DNA of 53,619 nucleotides, the filler included, from Catajapyx aquilonaris (lineage: Eukaryota), in the NCBI GenBank assembly GCA_000934665.2. It is 2 parts of 2 records of this genome, joined end to end, with 100 filler letters (N's around TTAATTAATTAA, not from the genome) between each part and the next. Parts side by side here need not be neighbours in the genome. Positions count along the whole stretch, not along the records: positions 26,879 to 53,619 come from KZ539297.1; 1 more part is not named here. The stretch is one strand, 5' to 3'. How positions within the stretch are numbered: the first letter of the stretch is position 1; each line of letters begins with the position of its first letter. Positions 50,671 through 53,619 of this stretch are shown one piece after another. The position numbers and the translations under genes were made by a program. The notes below the pieces were generated by a model, which had not been told where the DNA came from, did not search any database, and was given only the letters and a program-made list of their open reading frames with translations.

Positions 50671-51399
50671 TGCCTAAGCATCTGGGCCAGAAATCAGCTG
50701 GAGATTACAACCCATTTAGCATCAGATATTTTATTTATGACAATTATATGCTTTCTATGGAAAAAATAGGCATATTAACTGCATGAAACGGAGCGCTGAA
50801 AGAGAAAAGCTCATGCAGGTGTAAAAACGTTCCACTCACACTCGAGGTCCAAGTCCAAGAAGTTGTGGTTCATAATTAAATCTGGTCTTGTATTGACCCG
50901 CGCACCCGTATGTAAAATAATGTAATTTGCAGAGGTGAGGCATTCTCTAATGTATTTCAGTAACAATCAGTTAATTTGAAATATATGTAAGACAATATTG
51001 TCCTAAATGGTGCCACAGTTACTGTCATCAAAGCTGTCTTTACGACATTTTGAATAATAACAATAATAGCGTTTGTTTTGAGATGCCTTAGTGCCCGAGA
51101 TGTCACATGGCAATTTCGTATTGCTTCCTTTCAAAATGTGTTGATATGTCTCGCTTTCGATAGGGAGTTACAAGGCAGGCCTTGGAAAGCACCGGAGTCC
51201 CCCACCCCATCCGGAGCGCTGTGCTGTTGGATGGATGGGTAATGGGCGATTGGAAATTTACTAACGCAGATCACACATGTAGTATTTTGTCAATTTGTGA
51301 GATCAGCTCTAGAGGTATCCTCACATTGAAAATGTTGAATATTTTCATTCTTTGTATTACCCTCTCCACATGTATTCTAACCCGGGCTAAGCATGTTTT

Positions 51400-51830
51400 T
51401 GTCGTATCCTCTGATTATAATGGACTCGAACCAGATGAAAATGGTGGCATAAGGGGGTTGTGGTGTGACGATCATGTTGTTACGCCCCAGAAACTCGCGC
51501 GTTTTGAAAGCAGTGTGCGCGGGAGCATTGTGATGGAGAATCCAATTCCCCTCACGCTAATGTCCTCCCTTAGATGCCTCAGAACGTTGCAGTAGATCTC
51601 GTCGTCGACAGTCAGACCCTGAGGCACGAATTCACGGTGCACAACACCACGAACGTCGAAGAAAACGACGATCATGGTCTTCGTCGCACTCCTGACCTTC
51701 CTTGCCTTCTTCGGTCTTGGAGAGTTAAGGCTCTTCCACTGCGAAGACTGTTGTTTGTTAGTCTCAGGATCATAACCATACACCCAACTCTCATCGCCAC
51801 TGATGACCCTTGATGAAGCCACACTGACAT
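51400..51830 (-). pseudogene. mariner (DD34D-type) transposase remnant
   Basis: ISGDESWVYGYDPET, SSQWK, PRPKK, TMIVVFFDVRGVVHREFVPQGLTV; HHNAPAH-like segment in a shifted frame. Confidence 0.92.
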
Positions 51831-51889
51831 CTCGGTCATTGTTGTAGTCATCATCATTGTTGTGGTTGTTGTAATCATTGACAGCCTGC

Positions 51890-52075
51890 AACATGGGCTT
51901 AATCCGGTTAAGAAATCCAGAATCTGTTGTAACATAAGAGTCATTGCTTCGACCACCGTATTCCTAGGACATAGATGATATGATGCCATCTGACGTAGTG
52001 GCAATCAAATCCTTTACGGTAAAGATGCCTTTATAGCGGGATAAAAGGTTATGCTGCTCCACTTAGAGGCTTTTC
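51890..52075 (-). pseudogene. ISL2EU/HARBI1-like (DDE_Tnp_4) transposase remnant
   Basis: SRYKGIFTVKDLIATTSDGIISSMS*EYGGRSNDSYVTTDSGFLNRIKP. Confidence 0.7.
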
Positions 52076-52229
52076 AGCGTTATAATGGGAGAGGAATCTT
52101 CTGAGAGCGGAAACTGCTGTCAATTTACGACAAAGCTTGCTGCATCCTTCACTAGTGACATCATGCACTCTGCAGCAGGGATCTGATGATACTCAAGAAG
52201 AATTCCTTTGTTTAAGCTCTTCTACATGT

Positions 52230-52510
52230 CGCAGCTTCTGCTCTCTTTTCACCTGTTTTCATTGGCGAGCTCTGGTCACGACGAATTCTATCGTCAAGTG
52301 AGGGTCAAGATGTAAATATTCTGGTGTTAAGGCTTTCTCCGACAAATGAACTGATCATGCAACTCCCCAAACTTGCTGTTCCGCGATGTCGTGAAGGGAG
52401 ATAACGAAGTCCCTGACACCTGCTAGCGGCTGTTAAATTTGGCCCGGCTCTGCACTGTTAATTTACCTTCACATTCTTCTAGGAAGGTTAGGAAATAGTG
52501 AAGCGCTTCC
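52230..52510 (-). pseudogene. Gypsy Gag remnant
   Basis: RAKFNSR*Q...DFVISLHDIAE...KFGELHDQFI...LHLDP.LTIEFVVTRARQ. Confidence 0.6.
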
Positions 52511-53524
52511 AATTGTTCATTGTGCACATTGCTGCCCCCTGGTGCAGTGAATGTTAGTTGTCTGGCTGGCACTCACAAGAAAACCAGTATCATAATATTA
52601 GACGTCGTTTGCCGTTTGGTAATAATTATCTCCAGAAGTACAGCACTTGCGTCTGCAGGCGTGAGCATAAAGGTGATGGCGTGATTTTCCGCGTCACATG
52701 AACCCTTATAGGACTGTGTTGTGTATAAGGAATGGCATGCTCCAAGAGTGCAACCAAAAAGAAGCAATCAATACTGGTGCAACCCATTTTGAAATTGCGA
52801 AAATAATTTTACATAACTAATCCACGACAGTCATCCCAAAAGCATCCTTCTCCCATGGCAACAATGGTGTGGAGATGGGAAGAAACTATCTGTGCGGGAC
52901 TATCCCATTTTGATGTGAATAATTTGCATTAACATTGCAGTCACGTTGTTCAGAACCTCGCAGGGATTGTGTTTCACCAACTGGATTAAACTCCGCGAGG
53001 GGTTTGCCAGGTTACCTGCTGCGGCATTGTCAGAAGTTCATCCTATTTCATCGTGCATCATTTATGGAATCAGGTTCGTTTCGGAGAGGTTGCACTTTGC
53101 ACTAGAGTAGGGTTGGCATGTCTTCCGAACACGTGGCTGGGAAGGTTCAGTATGTCTTTCCAGAGAGCCTGCACCCTGGTCATGAGTGGTTCTACATAGT
53201 GGTGGAAATAGTCGTCGAACATGTTCCAGGAAAGTCTTGACATTATTGCTTTAGCGGCGGAAGTAATTATGTACCTTTGATATCTCTCTGGTGGTTAGAT
53301 TCTGACGTGACGTCATTATTTTGTCGTCCGCGGGGCATCGTGTTTGCATAATTGCTTTCCACGATGACATGGTATATAGAGTTCGTAGCATACAGAGTTC
53401 GTTATCAGCGTCCTCCTCTCCTAATTCCACGTATCATTATCTTGGATAACAATTGTTTCAGGTCGTCTGCCTGGACGGATGGTGACAAGCTGCTCACTTT
53501 CATGTAATTTCGTAATGCAACATA

Positions 53525-53619
53525 CGAGGGTCGTCCAATAAGTTCTGAGCCTGATGTTGAAAGACATGTTTGATGGTCAAAATTTTATTAAGACTCTTCG
53601 ACGTAGTCACCTTGAACCA
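53525..53619 (-). mobile_element. mariner 3' end and TIR; element continues beyond the window
   Basis: TA-CGAGGGTCGTCCAATAAGTT; minus strand ends VQGDYVEES*. Confidence 0.85.

Overview
Eukaryotic (animal, probably arthropod) genomic DNA with assembly gaps, not a prokaryotic locus. Two host genes are well supported. The first is a 313-aa class I SAM-dependent methyltransferase-like gene (9254-10195, +) whose CDS has no introns and which probably has upstream non-coding exons. The second is the first four coding exons of a draper/MEGF10/CED-1 engulfment receptor (21816-24346, +; signal peptide, EMI domain, EGF repeats). A third gene may start divergently on the minus strand near 2.2 kb. I found no further draper exon after 24346, so the remaining ~29 kb is probably one large intron packed with transposons. 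These include an apparently intact four-exon PIF/Harbinger transposase, a LINE cut by a Gypsy LTR with a tRNA-Leu PBS, tRNA-derived SINEs, MITEs/foldbacks with clear target-site duplications, and remnants of mariner, Transib, CACTA, MULE, ISL2EU and YqaJ genes. The most unusual items are an intronless, degenerate Twist-like bHLH+WR gene copy joined to a CACTA transposase fragment, two different MITEs at the mirror-equivalent TA in both arms of one foldback, a 22-bp CATAG/CTATG-bounded micro-inversion between two repeat copies, and a hAT MITE in the middle of a probable bidirectional promoter. All family assignments come from motif recognition by eye; no database search was run.
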